Source: an uncultured delta proteobacterium (GTDB taxonomy: Bacteria > Desulfobacterota > Binatia > UBA9968). Taken from it: a stretch of 64,000 bases of DNA. Position 1 is the stretch's first letter; each line of letters begins with the position of its first letter. The stretch covers positions 64,001 through 128,000 of the forward strand of contig CAVXEP010000029.1 in the NCBI GenBank assembly GCA_963760795.1. The letters are read 5' to 3'. Positions 30,691 through 42,610 of the stretch are shown piece by piece. A program made the translations under genes and the position numbers. The notes below the pieces were generated by a model, which did no database searches, had not been told where the DNA came from, and saw only the letters and a list, made by a program, of their open reading frames with translations.

Positions 30691-31887
30691 TCAATTCCGG
30701 TAGAATCTTGCAATTGCGGCGACAACGGTTTCCTGCTGCGTGGCGGTCAACTCAGGATAGAGCGGCAGCGCCAGCACTTGGCCGGCCGCCAGTTCTGCAC
30801 GGGGGAAATCGCCCTGCTGGTAACCTAGATCGGCGAAACACTTCTGCAAGTGCAGCGGCAGGGGATAGTAGATCTCACTCTGAATGGAGGCGTCGGCGAG
30901 AAATTGTTTGAGTTCATCGCGGCGCTCGACACGAATACAGTAATTGTTAAACACATGGGATTTGTCCGCCGGCAATGGAGGGATGGCCACTACTTGATCG
31001 CCAACCAGTCCGCTGTCCATAAACATTTGATAGTAGGCGCGCGCCCGCGCGATCCTCGCCTCGCACCACACCTCCAAATATTGCAGTTTCACCGATAGCA
31101 CCGCGGCTTGCAGCGAATCGAGCCGCGAGTTGAGGCCGGTGACGTCATGGTGATACTTGGTGCTTTCGCCATGCATGCGCAGCATTCTTAATCGGCTTGC
31201 TAATTCCTGCGAATGGGCGCTTACCAAGCCACCGTCGCCGAAGCCGCCTAAATTTTTGCTGGGGAAAAACGAGAAACAGCCGAAATCGCCGATGGTGCCG
31301 GCAAACATTTCTTTGCCTGTGGCGGCCAGGCGCGCGCCGCAGGCTTGGGCGACGTCTTCGACGATCAGCAGGTGGAATTTCTCTGCCAGGGTCGCCAAAG
31401 CTTCCATGTCGCAAATCTGGCCGAACAGATGAACCGGCAGGAGCGCTTTGATGTGCGCGCCGGTTTTACCGTCGACGGTTTGGTCTTGTTTAATGACGCC
31501 GCGGTCGCGGAGAAATTCTTGGAGCTTTACCGCCGAGAGTAAATAGGAATCGCTATCGATGTCGACGAACAACGGCGTCGCGCCAAGGCGTGTAATCGAA
31601 GAGACGGTGGAGAAAAAGGTGAACGGCGTAGTGATCACCGCATCGCCAGGGCCGACGCCGAGTGCCATCAACGCCAACAATAGCGCGTCGCTGCCGGAAG
31701 CGACTCCGACGGCGTATTGGCAGCCAAGAAACGCGGCCATCTCGGTTTCGAATTGGTTAACCGCCGGGCCGAGGATGAATTGCTGGGATTCGGCGACCGT
31801 GTCGATGGCGTCGCGCACCTGATCGCGGATCGCCCCGTACTGAGCGCGCAGGTCAACGATGGGAATCTTGGGACTGGGATTAGACAC
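30691..31887 (-). CDS. DegT/DnrJ/EryC1/StrS PLP sugar aminotransferase
   Basis: PVHLFGQ, EDVAQA, SFFPSKNLGGFGDGG, NSRLD. Confidence 0.93.
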   Translation of the reverse strand: MSNPSPKIPIVDLRAQYGAIRDQVRDAIDTVAESQQFILGPAVNQFETEMAAFLGCQYAVGVASGSDALLLALMALGVGPGDAVITTPFTFFSTVSSITRLGATPLFVDIDSDSYLLSAVKLQEFLRDRGVIKQDQTVDGKTGAHIKALLPVHLFGQICDMEALATLAEKFHLLIVEDVAQACGARLAATGKEMFAGTIGDFGCFSFFPSKNLGGFGDGGLVSAHSQELASRLRMLRMHGESTKYHHDVTGLNSRLDSLQAAVLSVKLQYLEVWCEARIARARAYYQMFMDSGLVGDQVVAIPPLPADKSHVFNNYCIRVERRDELKQFLADASIQSEIYYPLPLHLQKCFADLGYQQGDFPRAELAAGQVLALPLYPELTATQQETVVAAIARFYRN

Positions 31888-33284
31888 GGGTCTTGAGTTG
31901 CGGGCGAGCGTCCCTTCAGAGCATTTTCGGCGACTTCGGAAAGCACTTGATCGTGGTCGTGATTCAGCGCAAAGACGCGAAATTGGACGATCTTCGACGG
32001 AATGAATTCAAATAATTCGGCCAGCGATTCCTTGGCGATCTCGCCACTCGACGGGTCGTAAATGTGAATCTGTTTCTTGCCCATGGCGAAGGGATTCTCC
32101 GGCCGGGGATCTTGTGTCGCCATGTCGACGCGAAATGTCAGGTCGCGCAGCGCCGTCGGTAAACCGGCGCGAATGCGCTTCTCCCAGTCGGTGTCTTGGA
32201 TCAAGTCGACGCCGTAGTGCAGCTCGTTGAGCGAAAGCGTACGATCGAACGCCATCTTCCATTTCACCTCGCGATGGAGCACGGATTCCCATTCCTTACC
32301 GAGCGCCTCATGCTCGCTTTTCTGCCGCCCCCAGCGGGAAACTTCTTGCAGAAGCGACCAGTCGGTCAAGTAAAGATAGTCTTCCATGTGCTCCAGCGGA
32401 TTGCCGGGAAACAGCAATTTCATGGTCTCAGGAAAGATATCGCGCAAGTGCAAGTCGATCGCCCTGGTAGTGCGATGGTAATAAACGTTGGTGTAGAGGT
32501 AGAGCCGGGCGTTGAGAAAAGTTGTCAGTGCATTGTTGCCGGCCTTGTGCACCGTTAGACCTTTAGGCGAAAAAAAGGTGTAGTGGAGCAGGCGCTCGCG
32601 ATCCACGGGTCCGGGATGGACACCGCACATGTACGAGTCGCGCGAGACGTAATCCAAGTTGTCGAAAGTGAAAATACCGCCCGTCAGCGGTTGCAGAAAG
32701 CGCACCCATCGGGGTTTGTGGTTATCCTCCTTGCCGTTTTTCTTGATCGGAAAGGCGACATCCTCGGGACGTAATTCTTCGCCGGCGGCGAAAGGCCCGC
32801 TCGGGCTGCGGCGCAATTGACTGATGATGTCGCCCAAATATTTTAGGATAATCCTTTGACCTAAGTCTTCATGGCTGATTTCATAGTGGTGCAGAAAGTT
32901 ATCGTCGAAAAAATGGCCGAAAGGGCCATGACCGATGTCGTGCAACAGACCGACGACGCGCATGTATTGTTCGATATAAGGCGCCGACGGGCACTCGTCG
33001 CCTAGGACTTTGCGCAACGATGGATATAAGTGCTTACCGAATTCGCCAGCCATATGCATGGCGCCCAAGGAGTGTTGAAACCGGCTATGTTCCGCCGACG
33101 GGTAAACCCAACGGGCGCTTTGCAGCTGGTATATGTAGCGCAGCCGCTGCACCCATGGTGAATCGATCAACGCCTTCTCAGTCACCTCGCCTTTCGATTC
33201 CGGCACGGTGAACTGAATGTAGCGATGGATCGGGTCGGCGATCAGCGCCGTGCCGCCGAATTCGTTATCGATCAACTGTGACAT
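31880..33284 (-). CDS. HD-domain phosphohydrolase (SAMHD1/dNTPase-like)
   Basis: DPIH, QRLRYIYQL, HSRFQHSLG, LLHDIGHGPF, DNLDY..RD; probable true stop TAA at 31880-31882 after a terminal frameshift. Confidence 0.88.
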
Positions 33285-33348
33285 CTCTTCGCTTTGGTCG
33301 GACTGGTAAATTCCCAGGCATCAACCGATGCCGTCGTCACGACCTGTA

Positions 33349-33768
33349 TTACAGTTCGAAAATCACCTGAGCGACCCATTGATCGCCGGTTTTTTGCATG
33401 CGGCTCTTGTGCTCCGCCACCGTAGCGATTTCCTGTTTGATTTCATGGCGGTCGGGATCGCTCTTCTCGCCGCAGACTTCGGCTTTAACGATCGTATCTT
33501 TGACTTCGGTGATTTTGAATTCTTTAAGCAGATAGCCGCCGCCCTGGTACAGGTAGAGCAGCTCGCGCAGCCAGTTGACGATCAATTCATCACGATCGGC
33601 GCCCTCGACCTCGAGAGGCAGACTCTCTTTGACTTCGATCTTGTCGATGTCGGCCATGACGTCGAACAAAGCGAGGCCCGAGTTTACAAACAAGTCCGCC
33701 TGTGAGTCGCCGGTGATACGCACGGCCAATTCGCTTTGGTGTTGGGTGATGCGGTATTTGTTGTCCAT
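33349..33768 (-). CDS. Archease
   Basis: LIVNWLRELLYL, GEKSDPDRHEIK, AQVIFEL; 139 aa. Confidence 0.8.
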   Translation of the reverse strand: MDNKYRITQHQSELAVRITGDSQADLFVNSGLALFDVMADIDKIEVKESLPLEVEGADRDELIVNWLRELLYLYQGGGYLLKEFKITEVKDTIVKAEVCGEKSDPDRHEIKQEIATVAEHKSRMQKTGDQWVAQVIFEL

Positions 33769-33774
33769 GATCGA

Positions 33775-34080
33775 TCAGCCTTTAGAATCAAACGCGGGCG
33801 CTCTGACTTCCTCCAAGAGATGGTCTATTATAAATCGCCGTCCGGCAAAATCGTCATCCAATAAGCGGCGAATCTCTGGACGGTCATAACAATCAATACA
33901 GGTAAGAATATCGGTCGGATCGGTCAATTTCAGATATCGCACCGGTGGTGTGTCGGTTTTAGAATTGACGATAACGTCCCAATCGCTATGGCCGGTGTGC
34001 AGGAGATAATAATCAACCCTGTAGCTTTTCTGCGTGTGTATTGTGCCCCGAACTTCTCTACCACAGTGGTAACACCGCAT
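33775..34080 (-). CDS. Hypothetical protein with two CxxC motifs (possible Zn ribbon)
   Basis: CYHC and CIDC; AGGAG RBS. Confidence 0.7.
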   Translation of the reverse strand: MRCYHCGREVRGTIHTQKSYRVDYYLLHTGHSDWDVIVNSKTDTPPVRYLKLTDPTDILTCIDCYDRPEIRRLLDDDFAGRRFIIDHLLEEVRAPAFDSKG

Positions 34081-34090
34081 AGTCTCCTAT

Positions 34091-34840
34091 TTATACCCGG
34101 TTTATCAGGCTCGCCGCAAACCCGGCGCCAAAGCCATTGTCAATGTTGACCACAGTTACTCCGGCGGCGCATGAATTGAGCATGCCTAACAGCGCCGACA
34201 GTCCATGAAAACTGGCACCGTAACCTATACTCGTTGGTACCGCGATTACCGGTTTCGCAACCAAACCGGCGACCACGCTGGGTAACGCACCTTCCATGCC
34301 AGCGACGACGATTAAGACCGCCGCGCCGTCGAGCTTGGCTCGATTGCCGAACAAGCGATGAATGCCGGCGACACCGACGTCAAAAAGCCGCTCGACCTTG
34401 TTGCCCATCATGGTCGCCGTGAGCGCCGCTTCCTCGGCAACCGGGATGTCCGAAGTGCCCGCCGAAACCACCAGAATGATGCCTCTACCGGTGGCGCGGA
34501 TCGGCTTGGCCGTCCAAGTTGCTGCCTGGGCGATGGGATACAGTTTCAAGCCGAGGCGGTAGCGTTTCAGTTGCTCTATCTGGCGATCATGTAATCTGGT
34601 GATCAGAACGTTGCTTTTACGCCGCTGCATGACCCGCACGATGGAGGCGATGTCTTTGGTTTGTTTGCCCTGACCCATGACCACTTCGGGAAAACCTTGA
34701 CGCAAAGCGCGATGATGGTCGAGCTTGGCAAAACCGAGGTCTTCAAAAGGCAGATCGCGCAATCGCTGCAGCGCCTGAGCGATAGTGACTTTGCCCCGCT
34801 GTACGCGTTCGAGAAGTTTTTCCAGTTCCTCGGCGTCCAT
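34091..34840 (-). CDS. larB: Nickel-pincer cofactor biosynthesis protein LarB
   Basis: DHHRALRQGFPEV, AGTSDIPVAEEA, DVGVAGIHRL, AGMEGALPSV, VNIDNGFGA. Confidence 0.93.
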   Translation of the reverse strand: MDAEELEKLLERVQRGKVTIAQALQRLRDLPFEDLGFAKLDHHRALRQGFPEVVMGQGKQTKDIASIVRVMQRRKSNVLITRLHDRQIEQLKRYRLGLKLYPIAQAATWTAKPIRATGRGIILVVSAGTSDIPVAEEAALTATMMGNKVERLFDVGVAGIHRLFGNRAKLDGAAVLIVVAGMEGALPSVVAGLVAKPVIAVPTSIGYGASFHGLSALLGMLNSCAAGVTVVNIDNGFGAGFAASLINRV

Positions 34841-34908
34841 GGTTTAATCGGCAATCGCGTCGGTCATGATAGGCAAGCAGGCATACTAGTGGTTCTTTTG
34901 GCGCGAGG

Positions 34909-35898
34909 CTACGGTTTTTTGAAATGGTCGTGGCCCGCTGCTTTGACTGCGATAGTGGCGCCGCTGGCGTCAACCACATGGACGCCGTTGCCAACCGGCG
35001 TGCATAAGCCGATCCGTGAGATCGCTACGCCAGCCAGCCGGTTAAGTTTTTCGATGCGCTTTCTCCGGCGCGGGGGGGCGCAGAAAAGTAACTCGTAATC
35101 CTCGCCGCCGCTCATAGCGCAGCGCATGCCGATTTTGCCCGCCAGCGCACGATAAGCGTTCGACAGCGGTAGTTTGTCTTGTTGGATGGTCGCGCCGACA
35201 TGGCTAGCTTGGCAGATATGGTCCAAGTCCTGAATTAAACCGTCGCTGATATCGATCATCGCCGTGGGCAGATTTCGTTGCGCCAGGAGTGCGGCTGCGG
35301 CAAGGCGAGGCGTCGGCCGGTGATGGCGCTTGAGCAATTGTGCCATAGCGCGGCTCTGCCGCAGCTGCTTCCGCCGTAGCAGCGCCAAACCAAGTGCGGC
35401 GTCGCCAAGGGTACCGGTGACATAAATATCGTCGCCGACATGGGCGCCGCTACGGCAAATCGGTTTGCTCGGCGGATGACCGATGACGCACACCGAGATC
35501 AGCAACGAATCGGCTAGGTTCGTGTCGCCACCAACGACGGTTACCCCATGCTTTTTTGCCAAGCCGTTGATGCCGCGGTAGAGCTCGTCGAGTTGTTTGC
35601 TGTCGAAGTTCGCGGGAATGCCGAGGGAAAGCATCGCGTACGCGGGCACACCGCCCATGGCGGCGATGTCGCTTAGATTAACCGCGAGAGATTTGTCGCC
35701 CAGATCGGCGAGGGATGTCCATCGGAGATCGAAATGAATGCCCTCGATCAACAGGTCGGCGGTGACGAGCGACGATCCTTGCGGATGATCGACCCAAGCG
35801 GCATCGTCACCAATCCCTAGTCGTACGCCGCGGCCCACCGAAACCCTACGGCGGATTCTATCGATAAGACCGAATTCCCCGAGCCGGCTGAGTTTCAT
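34909..35898 (-). CDS. thiL: Thiamine-monophosphate kinase
   Basis: [42 protein letters not shown]. Confidence 0.96.
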   Translation of the reverse strand: MKLSRLGEFGLIDRIRRRVSVGRGVRLGIGDDAAWVDHPQGSSLVTADLLIEGIHFDLRWTSLADLGDKSLAVNLSDIAAMGGVPAYAMLSLGIPANFDSKQLDELYRGINGLAKKHGVTVVGGDTNLADSLLISVCVIGHPPSKPICRSGAHVGDDIYVTGTLGDAALGLALLRRKQLRQSRAMAQLLKRHHRPTPRLAAAALLAQRNLPTAMIDISDGLIQDLDHICQASHVGATIQQDKLPLSNAYRALAGKIGMRCAMSGGEDYELLFCAPPRRRKRIEKLNRLAGVAISRIGLCTPVGNGVHVVDASGATIAVKAAGHDHFKKP

Positions 35899-35988
35899 GA
35901 AGGTAGGCGAGCATAGCCTCATTGAGAGGGAGATATCACTGCGTTGGGAATTTCTTTGCAGCAGTGTTGCGGCAACTGCACTACAGTT

Positions 35989-38487
35989 CTACGGTCGCAA
36001 AGGAATCGATTTCTCGCGATGCCGTTTTATCACCGGTCGAACCGGGCGCTTGGCCAAACGTCTTTTGCTGGCGCGAACACGGGCTTTTTCGCTCGCGGAA
36101 TGTGATTTTCCAACCGGTTTAACCCGCTCGATCAACGCGACTTTCAGGACATCCGACATATTCTGGGCAACCACCCAACGGAGCTTGCGCCGGAGTGGCT
36201 TGGGAATTTCATCGAGATCTTTTTCGTTGCGCTCGGGAATGAGGATGGTCTTGATGCCGGCGCGGAACGCCGCGAGGGATTTCTCTTTGAGGCCGCCGAT
36301 CGGCAACACTCGGCCGCGCAAGGTAATCTCGCCGGTCATGGCGACATCACGGTTCACCGGTCGTTTGGTCAACGCCGAAATCAGCGCGGTTGCCATGGTA
36401 ATGCCGGCTGAGGGACCGTCTTTGGGAATCGCTCCGGCTGGGACATGAATGTGGATGTCGAGCTTCTGATAAAAGTCTTCTTCAATGCCGAGTTTGTTAG
36501 CGTGCGCGCGAGCGTAGCTGACCGCCGCCTGGGCGGACTCCTTCATCACATCGCCGAGTTGGCCGGTAAGCGTAAGGTTGCCCCGGCCTCGGGATAGCGA
36601 GGCCTCGACATAAAGAACCTCACCACCGGCGGTCGTCCATGCCAAGCCGGTGGCAACGCCGATTTCATGGTGCTCCTGTTCGGGTTCGGGCAAAAACTTC
36701 GGCGCGCCGAGAAAGCTATGCAAATTTCCCCTTGTAACGCGGGTCAACTCGTCTTTGCCTTCGGCGACTTTGCGCGCGACCTTGCGGCAGATCGAGGCAA
36801 ACTCCCTTTCGAGATTGCGCAGGCCGGCTTCCTTGGTGTACTCGGCGATAATACGCAGCACCGCGTCGTCGGAGATTTCCAAGCGTTTGAACGCGATGCC
36901 GTTATCGTCAAGCTGCCGCGGGATGAGATACTTGCGCGCGATCTCGAGCTTTTCCTCGTTGGTGTAGCCCGACAGCTGAATTACTTCCATGCGGTCCGCC
37001 AGGGCGGCCGGAATCGGATCGAGCAGATTCGCCGTGCAAATGAACAACACGTTGGAGAGATCGAACGGTAAATTCAAATAATGATCGCTGAACGCGTGAT
37101 TCTGTTCCGGGTCCAAGACTTCCAACAGCGCGGCCGACGGATCGCCACGAAAATCGGCGCCGACCTTGTCGATCTCGTCGAGCATAAAAACCGGATTGTT
37201 CGAACCGGCTTGTTTGATACCCTGAACGATGCGCCCTGGCAACGCGCCGACGTAGGTGCGCCGATGGCCGCGAATCTCCGCTTCATCGCGGACACCGCCG
37301 AGCGAGATGCGCACGAAATTACGGCCGAGGGCGCGGGCGATGGACCGGCCTAACGAAGTCTTACCGACTCCCGGTGGGCCGACGAAGCAAAGTATCGGAC
37401 CTTTGATCTTGCGCCGTAGCTTGTTGACCGCGAGATATTCGAGGATGCGTTCCTTGATTTTCTCGAGGTTGTAATGATCTTCGTCGAGCACCTGTTTGGC
37501 TTTGCGAATATTGAGATTGTCCTTGGTCTTTTTGCTCCAAGGCAGTTCGACGAGCCAGTCTAAATAAGTGCGCACCAAGGAGGCTTCCGAGGATTCCGGA
37601 TGCATCTGTTCCAGGCGGCGCAGCTGCTTGTCCGCTTCGCGCTTAACCTCCGTCGGCATCTTGGCCTTTTCGATCTGTTTTTTGACCTCGCCGAGTTCTT
37701 CGGCGCGTTCGTCGCCTTCGCCAAGCTCTTGCTGGATTTGTTTGAGCTGCTCGCGCAAGTAGTAGTCGCGTTGCGTCTTGCTCATCTCTTCTTTGGCTTG
37801 GTTCTGAATGCGTGCCTGCATGGTTGACAGCTCGAGCTCGCGGGTGAGCAGCTCGTTGACTTTTTTCAACCGCTCGATTGGATCGAAGACCTCGAGAATC
37901 GCCTGGCTCTCCTCGATCTTGAGCCGCAGATTCGAGGCCACCAGATCGGCGAGCACGCCGGGATCGCTGATGTTATCGGTGACCATGACGATTTCCGGCG
38001 GCAGGTTCTTCAGATTCAAAATTTGCTCGATCTTCTCCTTGGCCGAGCGCATCAGCGCTTCGACCTCGATCGGCACTTCCGGTAACGTCGGCTCGATAAC
38101 TTTCCGGATTTTGATTTCGAAAAACGGCCGCTCGCGCAGATAGCTGTCGACTTCCCCCTTGGCCAACCCTTGGACGAGTATTTTCACCCGGCCGTCGGCC
38201 AACTTGAGCATGCGCATGATCGACGCGATGGTGCCGACTTTGTGGATATCTGCTGGATTGGGATTTTCCTCGGCGGAGTTTTTCTGCGAGACGAGAAAAA
38301 TCAAGCGGTCGCGGGAGAGCGCCTCCTCGACGGCGCGAATCGAAATATCGCGGCCGACGAACAGCGGCAACATCATGTACGGGTAAATGACGATGTCGCG
38401 GATCGGCAGTAGTGGCAGAATCTCGGGAATCTCAACTTGAGTTCCTTTGTTGTCCGGGCTCTCCACTTTCCATTCTGCGTCACTCAT
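35989..38487 (-). CDS. lon: ATP-dependent protease La
   Basis: [30 protein letters not shown]. Confidence 0.98.
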   Translation of the reverse strand: MSDAEWKVESPDNKGTQVEIPEILPLLPIRDIVIYPYMMLPLFVGRDISIRAVEEALSRDRLIFLVSQKNSAEENPNPADIHKVGTIASIMRMLKLADGRVKILVQGLAKGEVDSYLRERPFFEIKIRKVIEPTLPEVPIEVEALMRSAKEKIEQILNLKNLPPEIVMVTDNISDPGVLADLVASNLRLKIEESQAILEVFDPIERLKKVNELLTRELELSTMQARIQNQAKEEMSKTQRDYYLREQLKQIQQELGEGDERAEELGEVKKQIEKAKMPTEVKREADKQLRRLEQMHPESSEASLVRTYLDWLVELPWSKKTKDNLNIRKAKQVLDEDHYNLEKIKERILEYLAVNKLRRKIKGPILCFVGPPGVGKTSLGRSIARALGRNFVRISLGGVRDEAEIRGHRRTYVGALPGRIVQGIKQAGSNNPVFMLDEIDKVGADFRGDPSAALLEVLDPEQNHAFSDHYLNLPFDLSNVLFICTANLLDPIPAALADRMEVIQLSGYTNEEKLEIARKYLIPRQLDDNGIAFKRLEISDDAVLRIIAEYTKEAGLRNLEREFASICRKVARKVAEGKDELTRVTRGNLHSFLGAPKFLPEPEQEHHEIGVATGLAWTTAGGEVLYVEASLSRGRGNLTLTGQLGDVMKESAQAAVSYARAHANKLGIEEDFYQKLDIHIHVPAGAIPKDGPSAGITMATALISALTKRPVNRDVAMTGEITLRGRVLPIGGLKEKSLAAFRAGIKTILIPERNEKDLDEIPKPLRRKLRWVVAQNMSDVLKVALIERVKPVGKSHSASEKARVRASKRRLAKRPVRPVIKRHREKSIPLRP

Positions 38488-38630
38488 GGGCACTCCAATT
38501 GACCACTTAACTTAATCACGTTGCATGGGTAGGTCAACCAGAAAGAAGCTCGGCGGCAGAATTAATTATCTGGGGCGAAGGCGGTAGACTCAAATGGGCC
38601 GGTATGAGAATAACCCTATCGGCACAAAGA

Positions 38631-39745
38631 TTAGTCGAAAAGTTGCTTCATCTTGTCGAAAAATCCCTTCGACATGGGATTGACATCCTCACCACCGATG
38701 GCGGCAAACTCTTTGAGCAGCTCTTTTTGCTTACTGGTCAAATGTGTCGGCGTTTCCACCGTGACGCGCACATGCTGGTCACCTTGCTGAAATCCTTGCA
38801 CGTCTTTGACGCCTCGGCCCTTCATGCGAAAGAGTTTGCCGGATTGTGTGCCGCTAGGGATCTTCATTTTCACTTTGCCATCAAGAGTCGGCACGTCGAT
38901 CTCCGCGCCCAACGCGGCTTGAACGAAACTGATCGGCACGTCGCATAAGATATCGAGATTCTCGCGCACGAAAATCGGGTGCGACTCCACCTGGACGACG
39001 ACATAGAGATCGCCAGGACTGCCACCCACCGGTCCAGTCTCACCCTCGGCGCGCAGTTTCAAACGCGATCCGGTATCTACGCCAGCGGGAATTTTTACGC
39101 TCAGCGTATGCATGGCGCGCATACGGCCGGCCCCGCCGCAGGTGACGCAAGGATCTTTGATAATTGTACCCTGACCTTGGCATTTATCGCAGGTGCGCGA
39201 GACGCTGAAAAAGCCCTGTTGAAAGGCAACCTGGCCGCGGCCGCGGCATTTCGGACAGGTTTCTGGCGTGGTTCCCGGCTTGGCGCCGTTGCCGCGGCAG
39301 GTCTCGCAGGGGCCATGGCGCGGAATCTTGATCTTTTTCTCGGTGCCTGAAACCGCTTCCTCGAATTTCAAAGAGAGATTATAGCGGAGATCGTCACCGC
39401 GCGATTGGCCGCGGCGCCGGCCACCGCCACCGAAGAACTCGCCGAAAATATCGCCGAAGACATCTTCAAAGCCACCACCGGAAAAGTCAAATCCACGCCT
39501 GCGGGGCCACCGTCACCGAATGCCGCATGGCCAAACTGATCGTATTGGGCGCGTTTCTGCGCGTCGGAAAGAACTGAATAGGCTTCGGAAATCTCCTTGA
39601 ATTTTTCTTCTGCCTGTTTGTCGCCTGGATTGCGGTCCGGATGATATTGCAGTGCTAACTTTCGGTAGGCCTTTTTAAAATCATCCTCGCTCGCGTTGCG
39701 GTTGACCCCGAGTAGCTCGTAGTAGTCTTTCTTAGCTGCAGCCAA
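38631..39745 (-). CDS. dnaJ: Chaperone DnaJ (frameshifts near 39490 and 39370)
   Basis: J-domain with HPD, G/F-rich linker, four CxxCxGxG repeats. Confidence 0.93.
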
Positions 39746-39782
39746 GGGTTTCCTCGTGTCATTCTCGACCGGAATGAGCAAC

Positions 39783-39818
39783 AAAGCCCCTCTCCACGAT
39801 TTTCGGGAGAGGGGCTTT
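39783..39818 (-). terminator. Hairpin/terminator between dnaK and dnaJ
   Basis: AAAGCCCCTCTCC...GGAGAGGGGCTTT. Confidence 0.75.
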
Positions 39819-39848
39819 GATTGCACTAGGTCCGTTTAGGTCTCGATG

Positions 39849-41771
39849 TTAGTCCTTTACCTCGGTGAAGTCAGCGTCAACAACATCGTCCTTTTTCTTG
39901 CCGCCGCCGGCTCCCGCACCTTTATCGTCGGTTGCTTCACCGGCCTGTTGCGCCGCTTGCTGCTGCGACGCCTTGGCGTACATCGCCTCCGCCAACTTGT
40001 GCGACGATTGGCTTAAAGCCTCAGCGGCCTTACGCATGGCCTCCGCATCCTGGCCCTCAAGCGTTTCTTTGGCTTGCTTTAACGCCGCTTCGATACTTTC
40101 CTTGACGCCGGCGTCAAGATCGCCGCCGTATTCGCTGAGCGACTTTTCAGTGGAGTACATTAGCGAGTCCAATTGATTGCGCGCTTCAACGGTTTCTTTT
40201 TTCTTCTTGTCGTCGTCCGCGTGAGCTTCAGCTTCGCGGACCATTTTCTTAATCTCTGCTTCACTAAGTCCCGTGGAGGCGGTGATCTTAATCGATTGCT
40301 CTTTACCCGTTCCCAAGTCCTTCGCCGCGACATGCACAATACCGTTGGCGTCGATATCGAACGTTACCTCGATTTGCGGCAAGCCGCGGGCCGCCAGCGG
40401 AATACCGACGAGATCAAACTGTCCTAGCAGCTTGTTATCCGCCGCCATTTCTCGTTCGCCCTGAAACACGCGGATAGAGACGGCTTGCTGATTATCCTGA
40501 GCCGTGGAAAATACCTGGCTTTTTTTCGTCGGTATGGTGGTATTGCGATCAATCAATTTCGTGAATACGCCGCCAAGGGTTTCGATACCCAATGAAAGCG
40601 GTGTAACGTCCAATAACAAGACATCTTTGACTTCGCCGGTGAGAACCGCGCCCTGGATCGCTGCGCCCATGGCCACCACTTCATCTGGATTGACGCCTTT
40701 GTGCGGTTCCTTGCCGAAAATTTTCTTAACCCGCTCCTGAACCGCTGGCATGCGCGTCATACCGCCAACTAGGATAACTTCGTGAATATCGCCGGCGCTG
40801 AGTCCGGCGTCTTTCAAAGCTTGCCGGCATGGGCCTTCTGTACGGTCAACCAAATCGGCGCACAGCGCTTCGAGCTTGGACCGGCTCAATTTAATATTGA
40901 GATGCTTCGGACCTTGTTGGTCCGCGGTGATGAACGGCAAATTGATGTCGGTTTCCATAGAAGACGACAGCTCGCATTTAGCCTTTTCACCGGCCTCTTT
41001 AAGGCGTTGTAATGCCATCCGATCTCTGCGCAAATCTATCCCTTGGTCCTTCTTAAACTCATCGGCGAGGTAATCGATGATTCGTTGGTCAAAATCTTCG
41101 CCGCCGAGAAAAGTATCGCCATTGGTCGATTTGACTTCAAATACGCCGTCGCCCAGTTCTAGAATCGAGATATCGAAGGTGCCGCCACCCAGATCGAACA
41201 CGGCGATCTTCTCGTCTTTTTTCTTGTCCAAGCCATAGGCAAGCGCCGCCGCTGTGGGTTCGTTGATGATGCGCAAAACGTTGAGGCCGGCGATTCGGCC
41301 GGCGTCTTTGGTCGCTTGCCTTTGACTATCATTAAAGTAAGCCGGTACGGTGATCACCGCCTCGGTTACTTTCTCACCGAGATAATCCTCGGCGCTCTGC
41401 TTCATTTTTTGCAGAATGAATGCCGAAATCTCCGCGGGACTGTAACCCTTGCCGCGGATTTCCACCCGAGCGTCGCCGTTGTCGTTGCCGGTGATTTTAT
41501 ACGGCAGCACGCTCGAGGCCTTCTGCACCATCGGGTCGTCGGTGCGCCTACCGATCAAACGCTTCACGGCCGAAATGGTATTTTCTGGATTGGTAATGGC
41601 CTGGCGACGAGCGATTTGACCAACGAGACGCTCCCCGCTTTCCGTAAATGCCACTACGGACGGGGTGGTCCGGCTACCTTCCGAGTTGGCGAGTACATTG
41701 GGGTCGCCGGTTTCCATGATCGCTACACAGGAGTTGGTCGTGCCAAGGTCAATTCCGATAACTTTTGCCAT
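39849..41771 (-). CDS. dnaK: Chaperone DnaK
   Basis: [32 protein letters not shown]. Confidence 0.99.
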   Translation of the reverse strand: MAKVIGIDLGTTNSCVAIMETGDPNVLANSEGSRTTPSVVAFTESGERLVGQIARRQAITNPENTISAVKRLIGRRTDDPMVQKASSVLPYKITGNDNGDARVEIRGKGYSPAEISAFILQKMKQSAEDYLGEKVTEAVITVPAYFNDSQRQATKDAGRIAGLNVLRIINEPTAAALAYGLDKKKDEKIAVFDLGGGTFDISILELGDGVFEVKSTNGDTFLGGEDFDQRIIDYLADEFKKDQGIDLRRDRMALQRLKEAGEKAKCELSSSMETDINLPFITADQQGPKHLNIKLSRSKLEALCADLVDRTEGPCRQALKDAGLSAGDIHEVILVGGMTRMPAVQERVKKIFGKEPHKGVNPDEVVAMGAAIQGAVLTGEVKDVLLLDVTPLSLGIETLGGVFTKLIDRNTTIPTKKSQVFSTAQDNQQAVSIRVFQGEREMAADNKLLGQFDLVGIPLAARGLPQIEVTFDIDANGIVHVAAKDLGTGKEQSIKITASTGLSEAEIKKMVREAEAHADDDKKKKETVEARNQLDSLMYSTEKSLSEYGGDLDAGVKESIEAALKQAKETLEGQDAEAMRKAAEALSQSSHKLAEAMYAKASQQQAAQQAGEATDDKGAGAGGGKKKDDVVDADFTEVKD

Positions 41772-41821
41772 TTTGCTTACTCCTCAGAAACGCTTTCAAA
41801 TCTTACGCCGACGCGGGTTAT

Positions 41822-42448
41822 TTAATCATCGGCTTGGTCGTTTTCAACCTCGGTTTCTGCGTTTTTTTTCTCTTGTGATATCGCTGCCTTAGATACCGTT
41901 ACCAAGGCTGGCCGCAAAAGTCGGTCGCGCATCAAGTAACCTCGCTGATGCGCTTCGACAACGGTGTTAGGCGAATGTGTAGCGCTTTCCACCTGAGCAA
42001 GCGCTTCATGTTGGGCCGGATCGAAGGTCAAGCCAACCGCGACGACCGGTTGAACTCCATGCTTAGCTAAGGTATCGAGGAACCCTTTGAGCACCATGTC
42101 GACGCCTTCAACCAGGAGCTTGCCGTTACCACTGCTGGAAGCATGGCCAATCGCCCGTTCAAGGTTGTCAATTACCGGCAATAAGTCTTTGACGAGGGTT
42201 TCGTTGGCATAGCGGACGCTTTCCTCGCGATCACGGGCGGTTCGTTTTTTGAAGTTGTCCATATCGGCGACCTGCCGGATATATCGATCATAGTTGTTTT
42301 TTGCTTCTTCTTCTTTGGCATTCAACCGAAGCCGCAGCTCGGCAATCTCGCCGTCTCGGTCTGCGACATTGTCTTGCTCTTGACTAACCCCTTGATCCGT
42401 TTGGTCGTCGTCGGATGACCCGGCAATTTTGCTATTTTCATCTGCCAT
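41822..42448 (-). CDS. grpE: Nucleotide exchange factor GrpE
   Basis: ADMDNFKKR, LLPVIDNLERA, FDPAQHEA, RLLRPALVTV. Confidence 0.96.
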   Translation of the reverse strand: MADENSKIAGSSDDDQTDQGVSQEQDNVADRDGEIAELRLRLNAKEEEAKNNYDRYIRQVADMDNFKKRTARDREESVRYANETLVKDLLPVIDNLERAIGHASSSGNGKLLVEGVDMVLKGFLDTLAKHGVQPVVAVGLTFDPAQHEALAQVESATHSPNTVVEAHQRGYLMRDRLLRPALVTVSKAAISQEKKNAETEVENDQADD

Positions 42449-42610
42449 GTTGAGTGCTGACTCCCCAATTATAGTCGCAAAAACGTAATCACGATGGCGC
42501 CTCCTGTCAAGTTTCTCCGCTTTAAAAACACTTGTTAAATTAAATAGTTGTAGTGGTGCAGAAAAAATGTTAGGGTACCCGTGTACGGTTGCACGATAAC
42601 CCTCCTGTTC

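Noticed and set aside
31668-31880. C-terminal extension of the HD protein overlapping DegT
   Set aside because: A one-base shift gives ...LKTRV* ending at 31880, with a normal short overlap of the DegT start.
42450-42462. CIRCE element before grpE
   Set aside because: Only one half-site-like GAGTGCTGA, with no inverted partner at 9-bp spacing.
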